DNA of 64,000 bases from a virus. The notes beneath the pieces are model-generated. The model saw nothing but the letters and a program-made list of their open reading frames with translations, was not told where the DNA came from and ran no database searches. This document shows, in pieces, positions 56,101 through 64,000 of this stretch. Every line of letters starts with the position of its first letter. Positions within the stretch are counted from its first letter, which is position 1. Made by a program: the position numbers and the translations under genes. The stretch lies in IMG/VR virus record IMGVR_UViG_2795385563_000001; one strand, written 5' to 3'.

Positions 56101-57465
56101 GTTGCGCTTCCACACCTCGATCAGGTCGTGCGTCTCGATGTCGCCGATCTCGAGCACTTCGAAGAAGTCCGGGATGTGGTCGGGACGATCGTCGACCACT
56201 TCGCCGCCGACGCCGTAGTTGCGCGGCCGCCATTTGTACATGGTCTGGGCGAAGACTGCGGCCTCGGCGATCGTCGCTGAGTCGGCAGCCGCAGCGTCGT
56301 AATTATCGACAGTCGAGACGCGGCCGTCCTTGAGAAGGATGCGACTCTTCATCTCGACGGGGTCGGTAACCAGATCTTGGCCGCAGCGCACCACGAACCA
56401 GGTCATGCCCTTGACACCGCCCGCGATGTTCGCCGGCCAGGACACCATCGCATCGGGGGTATCGATGATCAGAATAAGATGCGGGGGCCGGTTGTCGCTG
56501 TCCTCGTTGCGCATGCGCTCGATCTGCGCGGCGTGCTTGACCGCGAATTCATCGATGCTGCGCCATGTCAGAAGCCGTGCGCCCAGCCCCTTTTCAACAC
56601 GGGTCACGTCCTCGGCATGTGGCAGCCACTTCACCCATTCCCAAGTCTCGGGGTCATCGGTCACCACGCCGACGTTCAGATCGCTGGGCCGGTGGTTGAA
56701 CGCCAGCGACATCAGCATGGCCCGTACGAGCCCCAGGCGCCCCTGCTCATCTCCGCGCATCGCGTAGGCGGGAAACTCGTCGAGGCGTACGTCGAGCGGT
56801 AGGTTGGCGACTACCGACAGCGTGTCCATCGCGCGCCCGTAACGCACCATAGTCGCCGGTTCCTGCATCTCCGGCACCACATCTGGCGCCTGTATGAGTT
56901 TCGGAAACAGCGGCGCCACACCGATTCCGACACGAGCCCGCAGATATGGGTTCGAGGTCAGATTTTTGACGTCGGGGTCCGACTCCTGGTCCGCCTGAAC
57001 TACGCGACCGATTTCGGGGTTGGAATCGGCCTGCCACATTTCGTGAGAGCCGATCAGGGAAAGAAGATCAGCCGGGTGCGGGAAGCATTGGGTTCGCAGG
57101 TCATGCATGGCCTGCCCCTGCTCGTAGATTTCAAAACGCTGCTCACGCAGTTCCAGGTCGTATTCCTCTATGTCCTGGTCGATGTCGCCACCGCTGTTGC
57201 CCTGGCTGCGCATCTGCGCGATGTACATCAGCGGCATCATCAGCATGATCGGCATCGTGGTGAGCATCGTTGTGATGGCGCGTTGTCCGGTGACCAGCGA
57301 CATGACAACCATGCCGACCATGAGGCCCACCATCATCAATGGCATGAAGCGGAGCCAGATCGGGCGCTTGTCCGGCGCCGGCAGGCCTAGCGGCTCTTTG
57401 AGTTGTACACCGGTGGGCGACAACTGAACTGATTCGCGCGGGGGAACCCGGAAAACAGTGAACAT
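53182..57465 (-). CDS. eccC: EccC-like type VII secretion FtsK/SpoIIIE ATPase (TM segments, DUF domain, three P-loop domains)
   Basis: 1427 aa. N-terminal RFMPLMMVGLMVGMVVMSL...MLMMPLMYIAQM...HPADLLSLIGSHEMW...VKWLPHAEDV is collinear with M. tuberculosis EccCa1. P-loops GRTGSGKSY, GAGKSGRTT and GAGKSNLM. ATG preceded by AAGGAAGGA. Confidence 0.85.
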   Translation of the reverse strand: MFTVFRVPPRESVQLSPTGVQLKEPLGLPAPDKRPIWLRFMPLMMVGLMVGMVVMSLVTGQRAITTMLTTMPIMLMMPLMYIAQMRSQGNSGGDIDQDIEEYDLELREQRFEIYEQGQAMHDLRTQCFPHPADLLSLIGSHEMWQADSNPEIGRVVQADQESDPDVKNLTSNPYLRARVGIGVAPLFPKLIQAPDVVPEMQEPATMVRYGRAMDTLSVVANLPLDVRLDEFPAYAMRGDEQGRLGLVRAMLMSLAFNHRPSDLNVGVVTDDPETWEWVKWLPHAEDVTRVEKGLGARLLTWRSIDEFAVKHAAQIERMRNEDSDNRPPHLILIIDTPDAMVSWPANIAGGVKGMTWFVVRCGQDLVTDPVEMKSRILLKDGRVSTVDNYDAAAADSATIAEAAVFAQTMYKWRPRNYGVGGEVVDDRPDHIPDFFEVLEIGDIETHDLIEVWKRNAYTDEIKVPFGYYRKGDELTPELTYLNFYEENRDGNGPHGAVAGRTGSGKSYFLRAVVLALIAMYGPDKVALILADFKGGATFLGMDKLPHVVASISNLENTMELVDRLGAVINGEVDRREEFITTEKGCKDIFDYREQQKKHPNDPNWPPLPDLIVIIDEFGEFLKGRPGYLEMLIRVGRVGRSLGMHLVMCSQFINKDVIGDLFEHLTFRYSLAVNSTSYSVAMLGTDDAATMVGKKGGLKGKILRKFTTDAKPVEVAAFHHEAPYVRRTVTERSRVHADGSGPVAETVVPFTFFATGEFKPEVKEDNVEVTEEELGEKMADVLLEKASRLSKMRTLDLWKPSLREPLSLPTLDLTREERGIRIRVGDLDAPEKHTRLPWFVDFGGNLPHQVIAGAGKSGRTTLLQTLVICGCLQHGPARLAFMLVDYGTGKLGEVKDSPNVAAYARPEDDETTARILGEASRLIDLRRREMVDRQASSVDAYLASKSGESAVPVEGDPYGYVIVAIDGIGGFLGEKDERADRAQLLRPILDKGAAVGVHLVYTADSGGSGNAGNVTHYTAEVNGGVQLPSTDYGGAKVSSEVRFTLSERIPVDQPGRSFDPFTMLQARTAVPIFREIEEDGYVGGMKDFKIHDYGEEIRELCTYLDAELADQRVPKVLPADPVIDYEHMWSTFAPLSDPHRHPMHTIIPLGVRMDTLDLAPMPNFSQNLLVYSEKGAGKSNLMRSFMESVMRQFTPKDAIIIVIDPLRQHLGERDRLYARGFVRPAKFQEVERDGAMVRERMRPPGYVTSAEDIAETAEMLVKLMGSRRPTDDATADELKSRTFFTGPEVYVFVDNFSNLAKGYSSKSVFDEVRYGGVTISELLASGTDLGVHFIVSDNSGFASKVKSAEFLMALRENMMAPILQLASPPSSGDPIGQAYHLKPMRWRPGQGRIIVDADDYAMVQTARIDVDAVDRKLQQERQALRQSA

Positions 57466-57485
57466 TGCAGTTCCTTCCTTGGTAG

Positions 57486-59366
57486 TCAGCGACCGACGGT
57501 CGAGGCGTCGTTGGTGGCCTGCGCCCGATCTGCGGTGTCCGAGCTTGAGCTAGCCGCAGGGTCCGGGGTAGTGGCATCAGGCGCAGGCGCCTCTCCCTCT
57601 TCCTCGGGGACCGGCGCGGGCGGAGGTTGTCCTTGCGTCGTTGGCGGGTTCGGTACCTGCGATGCGGGGTTGATGGTTCCCTGCATGACTTGTGCGTTCT
57701 TGATCGACAACGTCGCTCCAGGTGCGTACAACTTGGCGACCGCCGCGGGGATGGGTGTCGGCGAAATCGAGTCGAAACCAAGGGCTTTGACAGTTGGGTC
57801 GTAGGACACCGCGCCGTTGCGGGCAATCACCACGTCAATCGGAAACCGGGTTCCATTGGGATCGATCCACAGCAGTTGCTCGGCGGCCACCGAATCTGTG
57901 CTGTCACCGGTCGTTCGGGCATACCATCCGTACCCGGGGCGGGTGATCGAATCAGTTGCCTGGTCGGTAGACCCGTTGTTGGGCAGTAGATGTACGGCGG
58001 CAACGCGTCCGGACTCAGTGACCGGCATCCGAGAATTAGTGAAGATGCGAGTGTGCGCTGTGAGCTCACCAGCGGACTTGGTCCAGCTCCAGCACAGCGC
58101 GGGCTCACTGACCAGCGTCGGCACCTGCGTGGGAAACCGTGAGTCGTCGACGATCCCCACCCGAGGCATCGCCTGCACCGAGGCAGGGTCGTCGACGAGC
58201 TTCTGCGCCGCCCCGGTGTTGATCATCATCTGCGCCAGTACGGGACTGACCTGTTGCACTCCTCCAGAACCAACCAAATAGAAGGCCCGTGAGCCCGATG
58301 CCGTAGCCACCGTGAGCACGTCGCCGATGGCGGAGCCGTTCACCGTTGGGCTGGGCTGCCCTTGGTTAACGAGCCTGGGCGCGGTGAGCACGGGCGACGG
58401 CGCAATCGTTGCGAGCAGCGAAGGTGAGACAGTCACTGCGGTCTCGATAAGCGACGGTGTCAGTCCGAGAGCGGCCTGCGCGGCATAGTCCCCACGCCCA
58501 ACTTCAGCTCGTGTGTCGCGATACAGCAGCCACAACCTGGTCGGATCGCTGGCAGGTTTGACCAGCACCGCTCGGTTGCTTCCCAGATCGGTTCCGCCAT
58601 CAAGCATGTCGTCTCCGGCAATCACAGCGGTGGTGATGTCGCCGGTCTTAAGAAGCGACAGCGGCACCGCTGTGTCGCGCCAGTCGCAGACGGTCCACAC
58701 AGCTGACTCGTCAGTGCGCGGGGACAACAGATTGGGCGCACTGGGAATACCCATCAGGGGCCCGGTGGGTAGTGAACGCAGCGCCGTGTCGGTGGCGACC
58801 TTGGCTTCTTCTGGCGTGCCGACAATCAGACGAGCCGAGGCCAGGTTGGTCACCGGGTGCAGGCGGCCGTTGAACTGAACGAATATGCCGCCGGAGCGGG
58901 TTGTCATGATCGCGGCGACGCCCGAATCGGGCTTCGGGTTGATCAACGAGACAACGAATGCCGCTACGAGAACAAGTACGCCGCCTACGAGGCTGATCGA
59001 CAAGGATCCACGCAGACGCGTAAGGGGCGATCCAACGCCACGCACATCCTGACGGGACAATGCCTCGTCGATGCGATTGAGTTCGCGCTTATACCCCTTG
59101 ATCTGGCGAGTGGTGGTCAAAAACCACGGCACTGCCCCATCGGCGCGGTTGGGCTCACGTTTGCGCCCCTCGGACTGTTGGTCGTTGCTCAAATTCCCAG
59201 ACACCGCAACTCCTTGCTCGCCAAGCCGACCGGCCGGCTGGCCGTGTTCGATGCGTGGGGAGAGTGGCAAAATCTCGCGGATACACAGCTCTGGGGCGCG
59301 AGGAGACGTCAGCGCCAACCGCGCCGATCTGCGAACGTGGTGTATTCTCCGTTTTAGAGAACTCAT
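57486..59366 (-). CDS. eccB: EccB-like type VII secretion membrane component
   Basis: FLTTTRQIKGYKRELNRIDEA ... single TM ... GRLHPVTNLASARLIVGTPEEAKVATDTALRSLPTGPLMGIPSAP...AVWTVCDW ... PALCWSW are collinear with EccB1. The true start is probably GTG near 59132; the called N-terminal 78 aa are doubtful. Ends 20 nt before the eccC start. Confidence 0.8.
   Translation of the reverse strand: MSSLKRRIHHVRRSARLALTSPRAPELCIREILPLSPRIEHGQPAGRLGEQGVAVSGNLSNDQQSEGRKREPNRADGAVPWFLTTTRQIKGYKRELNRIDEALSRQDVRGVGSPLTRLRGSLSISLVGGVLVLVAAFVVSLINPKPDSGVAAIMTTRSGGIFVQFNGRLHPVTNLASARLIVGTPEEAKVATDTALRSLPTGPLMGIPSAPNLLSPRTDESAVWTVCDWRDTAVPLSLLKTGDITTAVIAGDDMLDGGTDLGSNRAVLVKPASDPTRLWLLYRDTRAEVGRGDYAAQAALGLTPSLIETAVTVSPSLLATIAPSPVLTAPRLVNQGQPSPTVNGSAIGDVLTVATASGSRAFYLVGSGGVQQVSPVLAQMMINTGAAQKLVDDPASVQAMPRVGIVDDSRFPTQVPTLVSEPALCWSWTKSAGELTAHTRIFTNSRMPVTESGRVAAVHLLPNNGSTDQATDSITRPGYGWYARTTGDSTDSVAAEQLLWIDPNGTRFPIDVVIARNGAVSYDPTVKALGFDSISPTPIPAAVAKLYAPGATLSIKNAQVMQGTINPASQVPNPPTTQGQPPPAPVPEEEGEAPAPDATTPDPAASSSSDTADRAQATNDASTVGR
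59345..59361. promoter_or_regulatory. Dyad operator motif copy 5 (TTCTCCG-TTT-TAGAGAA)
   Basis: 30 bp upstream of XRE gene ATG 59392, in the divergent region toward eccB. Confidence 0.55.
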
Positions 59367-59391
59367 GCTTGCACATCAGGAGGCATACCCC

Positions 59392-59691
59392 ATGCGCACC
59401 GATCCCGCCCAGGCCAAGTCGCCTGGCGGCCTCTTCGTGCTCACCGATACAGCCATCGGCACGGCCATCCGCATCCGCCGTGGCGGTTTGCAGCAGGGAG
59501 AAGTCGCCAAACGTGCAGGCATCAACCTCAGCGTGTTCTCGCGCATCGAACGCGGGGAGCGGCCATGCCGCGTCTCTGAAATGGTGAGTATCGCCAAAGC
59601 ACTCAACACACCTGAAGACGAGATGCTCAAGTTGATCAGGGATCAAGTAGCCGCAGAGGGTTCCGCCGAGAAAACTCAGGGCAAGCGATGA
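59392..59691 (+). CDS. XRE-family HTH regulator (candidate repressor of the dyad motif)
   Basis: QQGEVAKRAGINLSVFSRIERGERPCRVSEMVSIAKAL. Paralogue of 62940..63215. Confidence 0.6.
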   Translation: MRTDPAQAKSPGGLFVLTDTAIGTAIRIRRGGLQQGEVAKRAGINLSVFSRIERGERPCRVSEMVSIAKALNTPEDEMLKLIRDQVAAEGSAEKTQGKR

Positions 59692-60293
59692 CCAGCGGGG
59701 CGTTGCATATCGGGATAGACGTCGATGGCGTGCTCGCCGACTACATGGCCGGAGTCGCCGCTATCGGGCAGAGCATGGGTCTGGCGATGACCGGATCCGG
59801 CAGCGGCCCGACGCAATACGGTCTCGTGGAACCAGGCTGGTTCCACGATGGCGAATCTGCCTCGAAGGCAATGACGCAACTGCGCGACAGCGGAGGCCTA
59901 CGCGGGCTGGCACTCCTTGACGCCGGGGCACCAGCAGCCATCAGGCGCCTCCGAATCGCCGGTCATCGCGTATCTATCGTGACAGCCAGACATTCCGGAG
60001 GCCGATACACGCAGGCGCACGGTGAGTGGCGCATCGCCCGCGAAACCATCGATTGGCTGGCAGAACACGGAATCCTGCCCGACGATGTGCGATTCGAGCG
60101 GCGCAAGAGCCGTGCCGACTGCCACATCTATATCGACGACGCGCCACACATCATCGAGCAGCTCCGCGTAGACGGACGGCGTGCCGTTGTCTACGACCAG
60201 CCATACAACCGGAATCTCACCGGTGAACGCGTCGCCAGCCTGGATGAGTTCGCCGATTTGGTTCTGGCGGGGCATGACGCATCGCGCGCATAG
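59688..60293 (+). CDS. HAD-superfamily 5'(3')-deoxyribonucleotidase
   Basis: IGIDVDGVLADY (DxDGxL) ... YIDDAPH. ATGA-coupled to the XRE gene. Confidence 0.65.
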   Translation: MTSGALHIGIDVDGVLADYMAGVAAIGQSMGLAMTGSGSGPTQYGLVEPGWFHDGESASKAMTQLRDSGGLRGLALLDAGAPAAIRRLRIAGHRVSIVTARHSGGRYTQAHGEWRIARETIDWLAEHGILPDDVRFERRKSRADCHIYIDDAPHIIEQLRVDGRRAVVYDQPYNRNLTGERVASLDEFADLVLAGHDASRA

Positions 60294-60361
60294 CACCCTG
60301 CACCACTGGTGAGGACTCACGAGCTCCGCCGAGTTGTCACAGCTGTCAGATGCTTCTGATA

Positions 60362-60378
60362 TTCTCTAAAATAGAGAA
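60362..60378. promoter_or_regulatory. Dyad operator motif copy 6 (TTCTCTA-AAA-TAGAGAA, perfect)
   Basis: 12 bp upstream of ATG 60390. Confidence 0.6.
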
Positions 60379-60389
60379 TACGAGGTGTT

Positions 60390-60746
60390 ATGAGCATGAC
60401 AATGCGCGAACAGACAAGCGCCGTGACTGCGGCCGTCCAACCTGCGTTCAAATGCGGATTCGACGACGGTGCGCGGTCCGCTGCGTGCACCAACCCGGCT
60501 CCCGACGATGCCAGTTATTGCAGCCAGCACGACCCTGCGGTGGTCACTATCGAACGCAGCTACCTGGTCCGAGTAGTGCAGACCTACACCGGCAGGCTCC
60601 CCGAAAGACGGGAGGGACGTAGTGACGATGTTGACCAGTTCATCTGCGACAACTTCCTTTTGGTCAGCGACGAAACCGAGACCGTCGACGAGGACGAACT
60701 TCAAGTGATCCTGCGACACCCCGATGGATCAGCCGAAGCGCTCTGA
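60390..60746 (+). CDS. Hypothetical protein
   Basis: 118 aa. Cys-containing N-terminal half. Confidence 0.4.
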   Translation: MSMTMREQTSAVTAAVQPAFKCGFDDGARSAACTNPAPDDASYCSQHDPAVVTIERSYLVRVVQTYTGRLPERREGRSDDVDQFICDNFLLVSDETETVDEDELQVILRHPDGSAEAL

Positions 60747-60791
60747 AATCTCCGTTGACGCCAGATCAACAACCCGAGAGGAACCCGGCAC

Positions 60792-61049
60792 GTGGCCAAC
60801 GCAACGCACACCGTTCGCACTATCACTGAGCACCGGTTCACCGTGCCGTGCGAATTCCCGCTTGGCGGAAACTGGCAGGACTTCGACGTCGCACGCGCGA
60901 TGGCCGAGAACGTCGCGCGTGAGCACGGCATCAACACCGGGACCGACGGTTGGTCTCGGCTGCGCTGCGAAGATGATCAGTTGGTGATCGTCTTGACCAT
61001 TGAAGGGCCGGACGAGCGACCACCAGGTCACGGGCCCGGCAATGCCTGA
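60792..61049 (+). CDS. Hypothetical small protein
   Basis: 85 aa. Confidence 0.3.
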   Translation: MANATHTVRTITEHRFTVPCEFPLGGNWQDFDVARAMAENVAREHGINTGTDGWSRLRCEDDQLVIVLTIEGPDERPPGHGPGNA

Positions 61050-61554
61050 GCCCACAACGCTGCCCCTGTTCAGTGGTTATCCGCTGGATATGTTTGCGCC
61101 CATTGACACGGAGCGCCCCGACCTTCAGCCACCGGACACTCCCCTAGTGCGAATTCTGCGACGCGGTCGCTCCGTTTCCGAGGGCGCGGCGGTCACGTGG
61201 CTACACGAGGCACGGGACGAAGTGAGCCGGCACAGTGAGGCGGACTTTTTCGAACGATCAACTCAGGAGTGGGCGTTCCCGGCAGATGTCGATGGTTGGT
61301 TCTACAGCTACTGGCACTACCCGGCACACAGCTGCGACCTCGGCTGCGACGAGGAGCCCTTCGTCGCTGTACTCGCCGTGCGCTGGGTGGATGCCGACCA
61401 GATTCCAGAGAGCGAACGCCACGTCGCGGGGCGATCGCTAAACCCGGACGGAACGCCGCATCAGCGGAGCCCCCAAGCGACTCGGCGCCGAGGCTTTGCC
61501 CAAAACGCAACCAACCAACCCGCAGTTTCTGCGCATCCGCAATTTCTGCGGTAG
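61042..61554 (+). CDS. Hypothetical protein (start moved to ATG 61042)
   Basis: MPEPTTLPLFSGY... ATGcctGA junction with the upstream gene. Confidence 0.35.
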   Translation: MPEPTTLPLFSGYPLDMFAPIDTERPDLQPPDTPLVRILRRGRSVSEGAAVTWLHEARDEVSRHSEADFFERSTQEWAFPADVDGWFYSYWHYPAHSCDLGCDEEPFVAVLAVRWVDADQIPESERHVAGRSLNPDGTPHQRSPQATRRRGFAQNATNQPAVSAHPQFLR

Positions 61555-61563
61555 CATGAGCCC

Positions 61564-61959
61564 ATGGATGACCGCTATGACCAGATCCGAGAGGAGCTGC
61601 GCCACGCCGAAAGCGCAACCGCAGCAGAATCCCTGCCGCATCTGCGCACTGCTGTCGACTTGGCGAGTCAGCTGATCGACGAGCATATGGCCGAGGCTGT
61701 CATCGGAGGGCAACTCAGCATCCGAGCTGCGGGCGCGCAGGTTGGACTGACCGAGAACTCGGTGGGGCCGCGACTGGCGAGAACTCCACAACTGAATCCG
61801 TATGCACGCGGCGACGGACGGGTCACCGCGTCGGAGATCAATCGGGCCCGTTACGACCGCGAGGCCGGAATTCCCGCACCGGCACTACCGGAGTCGCAAC
61901 CCGAACCGCTGCGATTCAAGCCACGCCGCAACAACACTCAACCCAAGGAGACGAAATGA
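61564..61959 (+). CDS. Hypothetical protein, possible HTH
   Basis: 131 aa. Confidence 0.35.
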   Translation: MDDRYDQIREELRHAESATAAESLPHLRTAVDLASQLIDEHMAEAVIGGQLSIRAAGAQVGLTENSVGPRLARTPQLNPYARGDGRVTASEINRARYDREAGIPAPALPESQPEPLRFKPRRNNTQPKETK

Positions 61960-62594
61960 CCAACCCCCATCTGACGTGGATTCTGTTCCTGCTCGACCGC
62001 TCCGGATCAATGGGAGCGATCCAAGGGGCCACCCAGGAGGGCTTCAACACCTTCATCGCCGAGCAGCGCAAGGCGCCCGGCCGGTGTGCAGTGACCCTCG
62101 CGCAGTTCGATGACGAGTACGAGGTCGTCTACTCGCAGAAGCCACTCGACAAGGTTCCCCCGCTGAAGCTGTTGCCACGCAACAGCACAGCACTACTCGA
62201 CTCAATGGCCAAGCTGATTGTGGAGTCCGGGCTGCAGCTCGCGGAGCTGCCCGAGGACGAGCGTCCGGGCACCGTGATCGTGGCGATCATGACCGACGGA
62301 CTCGAGAACGCAAGTCGCGAGTGGACGCACCCCATGATCAAGGAGCTGGTTCAGCAGCAGACCGAACAGTACGGCTGGCAGTTCCTGTACATGGGAGCCA
62401 ACCAGGACGCGATCGAGGAGGGCGCCAAGCTAGGCGTGTCTGGTGACTACTCACTCGATTTCGCCGGGGCCAACGTGGGGCAGGCGATGACTGTCACCTC
62501 GCAAAATGTCGCGTCATACCGATCGGCGCGGTCTACTGATCTGACCGCGTCGATGCCGACGTACACCGCTGAGCAGCGCCGCTCGTCGAAGTAG
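61956..62594 (+). CDS. von Willebrand factor type A (vWA) domain protein
   Basis: MIDAS motif LLDRSGSM. Further T and D positions are consistent. Confidence 0.65.
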   Translation: MTNPHLTWILFLLDRSGSMGAIQGATQEGFNTFIAEQRKAPGRCAVTLAQFDDEYEVVYSQKPLDKVPPLKLLPRNSTALLDSMAKLIVESGLQLAELPEDERPGTVIVAIMTDGLENASREWTHPMIKELVQQQTEQYGWQFLYMGANQDAIEEGAKLGVSGDYSLDFAGANVGQAMTVTSQNVASYRSARSTDLTASMPTYTAEQRRSSK

Positions 62595-62900
62595 GTCTGA
62601 CAGCGGTGGTTGGCGGCTAGACCCCTCGCCGTTGACCACCGCTGGATCGCCGCCCGTAGACCCTCGCTACTGCTGGTGGGATCGTTGCGCCAGTCCTGCC
62701 TGATCACCTTGCGATGAGGTCGCGAGGAACCACTCGACCAGCATCTTCGGTGGCGTTGTCGGCGTTGCAGCTCCGGTCGAACAAGGTGGTGTGACGGGTG
62801 CCGCCAGCCGCGACAATCCAGTCTCGAATCGGGGGCTCGGCGCTCCAGCTTTGTCACGTCCCTGGCGTGGCTCTCTTGGCTAGCGCGCCACCAGGGGATA

Positions 62901-62917
62901 TTCTCCACATTAGAGAA
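62901..62917. promoter_or_regulatory. Dyad operator motif copy 7 (TTCTCCA-CAT-TAGAGAA)
   Basis: 23 bp upstream of ATG 62940. Confidence 0.55.
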
Positions 62918-62939
62918 TTTCCAGCCTCGAAAGGACCCC

Positions 62940-63215
62940 ATGCCTGTCTCTCCGCAGCGGAAGTTCGAGCTCCAGGATTCAGCTGTCGGTGATGCCCTCA
63001 ACGCGGCTCGCCGGAAAGCTCAGCTCGAGCTGCAGGACGCAGGACCCCTTGCCGGCATCGATTGGCGGGTTCTTTCGCGCATCGAGCGTGGCGAACGACC
63101 ATGCCGTGTGGCCGAGTTCGTAGCGCTCGCTGCGGCATATTCACGTCCGCCGGAGACAATCCTGCTAGCCGCGATCGGGGACCCAGAGGCATGGAAAGAG
63201 CTTCTCAACCCGTAG
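62940..63215 (+). CDS. XRE-family HTH regulator, paralogue of 59392..59691
   Basis: LAGIDWRVLSRIERGERPCRVAEFVALAAAY. It shares SRIERGERPCRV with the other XRE gene. Confidence 0.6.
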   Translation: MPVSPQRKFELQDSAVGDALNAARRKAQLELQDAGPLAGIDWRVLSRIERGERPCRVAEFVALAAAYSRPPETILLAAIGDPEAWKELLNP

Positions 63216-64000
63216 TGGTCCAACACCCCACGCAGCATCCGATCTGATGCCGCCATTCACGCCGTCGGCGCTGTCACCGCGCTGCGAGCGCGCAACCATC
63301 CAGAAAAATCTTTCACACTCTTATCCCTGATCTCTATAACCGAGAATGTGCTGATTGCACCAACATCTTTAGAGATCAATCAGGAACATCACTGCCTGAT
63401 CAGCTGAAACGGCGCTCAGCCGTCAAACACGGCATCTCCTGCCCGGAATTTAGCTGGGAAATGTCCCAAGGCGGTGATACCGTCAGCTCGTGACTTTGAT
63501 ACGCCTCGACCAGCGAGTTGCCGGGATGCAGACAGCATCCCCGGCGGCTTTGTCGTGGCTGGAATCGGTCATCAAGACCCAAGCGCCATCCGAGGCCACG
63601 AGCCACGATTTCGGCCAGCCCAGATGCTTCCGGTCACCCCGATATGACCTATCCGCCCTATCCGTGGGCGAGCGCCCCGATCGGAAGCAAGGGCCAGGGA
63701 ATAAATCTTATAAAAATCTCAATATTTGCGTTTCCGCTGCTAGGGATGTCTGCTGACATTCCCTTAGTTCAGCGCACTTTGAAATACCTTGCAGCGCAAC
63801 ATTTTTAGAATAATTGCGCTTTACAAGTCTTGAATTACGTAGCACCATCATCTTCAGCGCGAACGACGAGATCGCTTGATTCGCCGCTGCACGCGGAACG
63901 CTAAGGCGTTCTCCTGCTAGGACTTTGAAAACTCCAGAGTGTGTGATGCACCGTCCCTAACGAGGGGCGATGAACAAGCCGTCTCGGCGCCCGGGGCTCC

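Noticed and set aside
57143-57826. 227-aa minus-strand ORF overlapping the eccC start and eccB end in another frame
   Set aside because: Pro/Arg/Thr-rich junk. eccB/eccC reading frames are strongly supported.
59155-59646. Minus-strand 163-aa ORF and plus 206-aa ORF overlapping the eccB-XRE divergent region
   Set aside because: The plus ORF is the XRE gene extended upstream through the operator. The true start is ATG 59392 after AGGAGG. The minus ORF is antisense to the XRE gene.

Overview
High-GC (about 65-67%) actinobacterial DNA, Mycobacterium-like: the WhiA, EccB and EccC homologues align closely to the M. tuberculosis proteins. The window opens with a minus-strand tyrosine integrase (1..1197) and a divergent MerR-type excisionase, so an integrated mobile element starts just left of coordinate 1. 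Its attL/tRNA is outside the view and no attR can be placed. I recognise no capsid, portal, terminase, tape-measure or tail genes in 64 kb. The content reads as a large integrative (possibly conjugative or satellite-like) element rather than a conventional prophage. Recognisable cargo: a replication set (family-A DNA polymerase with 3'-5' exonuclease domain and an intein, an SF2 helicase, an RNase H-domain protein, a 5'(3')-deoxyribonucleotidase, an oligoribonuclease-like DEDDh exonuclease), and a WhiA homologue plus a truncated WhiA paralogue. Other cargo includes an orphan N6/N4 DNA methyltransferase, an SPFH/band-7 protein, a macro domain, a SLOG/DUF2493 protein, a vWA protein and two XRE repressors. 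Secreted or envelope proteins include an S1 protease, a lytic transglycosylase, lipoproteins and an HNH nuclease. The most striking content is an ESX/type VII-secretion-like core: EccB- and EccC-like genes at 53.2-59.4 kb (minus strand). Around it sit four further stand-alone FtsK/SpoIIIE-type ATPase paralogues, two with non-canonical Walker motifs and one fused to an EccA/CbbX-type AAA domain. A tandem pair of about 100-aa helical WXG100-like proteins lies next to a large Pro/Ala-rich protein. A 17-bp dyad motif (TTCTCYN-NNN-TAGAGAA) occurs seven times, 10-30 bp upstream of start codons, and defines a repressor-type regulon. A roughly 290-bp structure, with about 65-bp inverted repeats flanking the only AT-rich island, sits in the 1-kb intergenic region next to the polymerase gene. 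About one third of called ORFs are antisense GC-frame artefacts and were not reported. No tRNA, rRNA, CRISPR array or IS element was identified by eye. Coordinates follow the supplied ORF track; starts that I moved are stated in the evidence.
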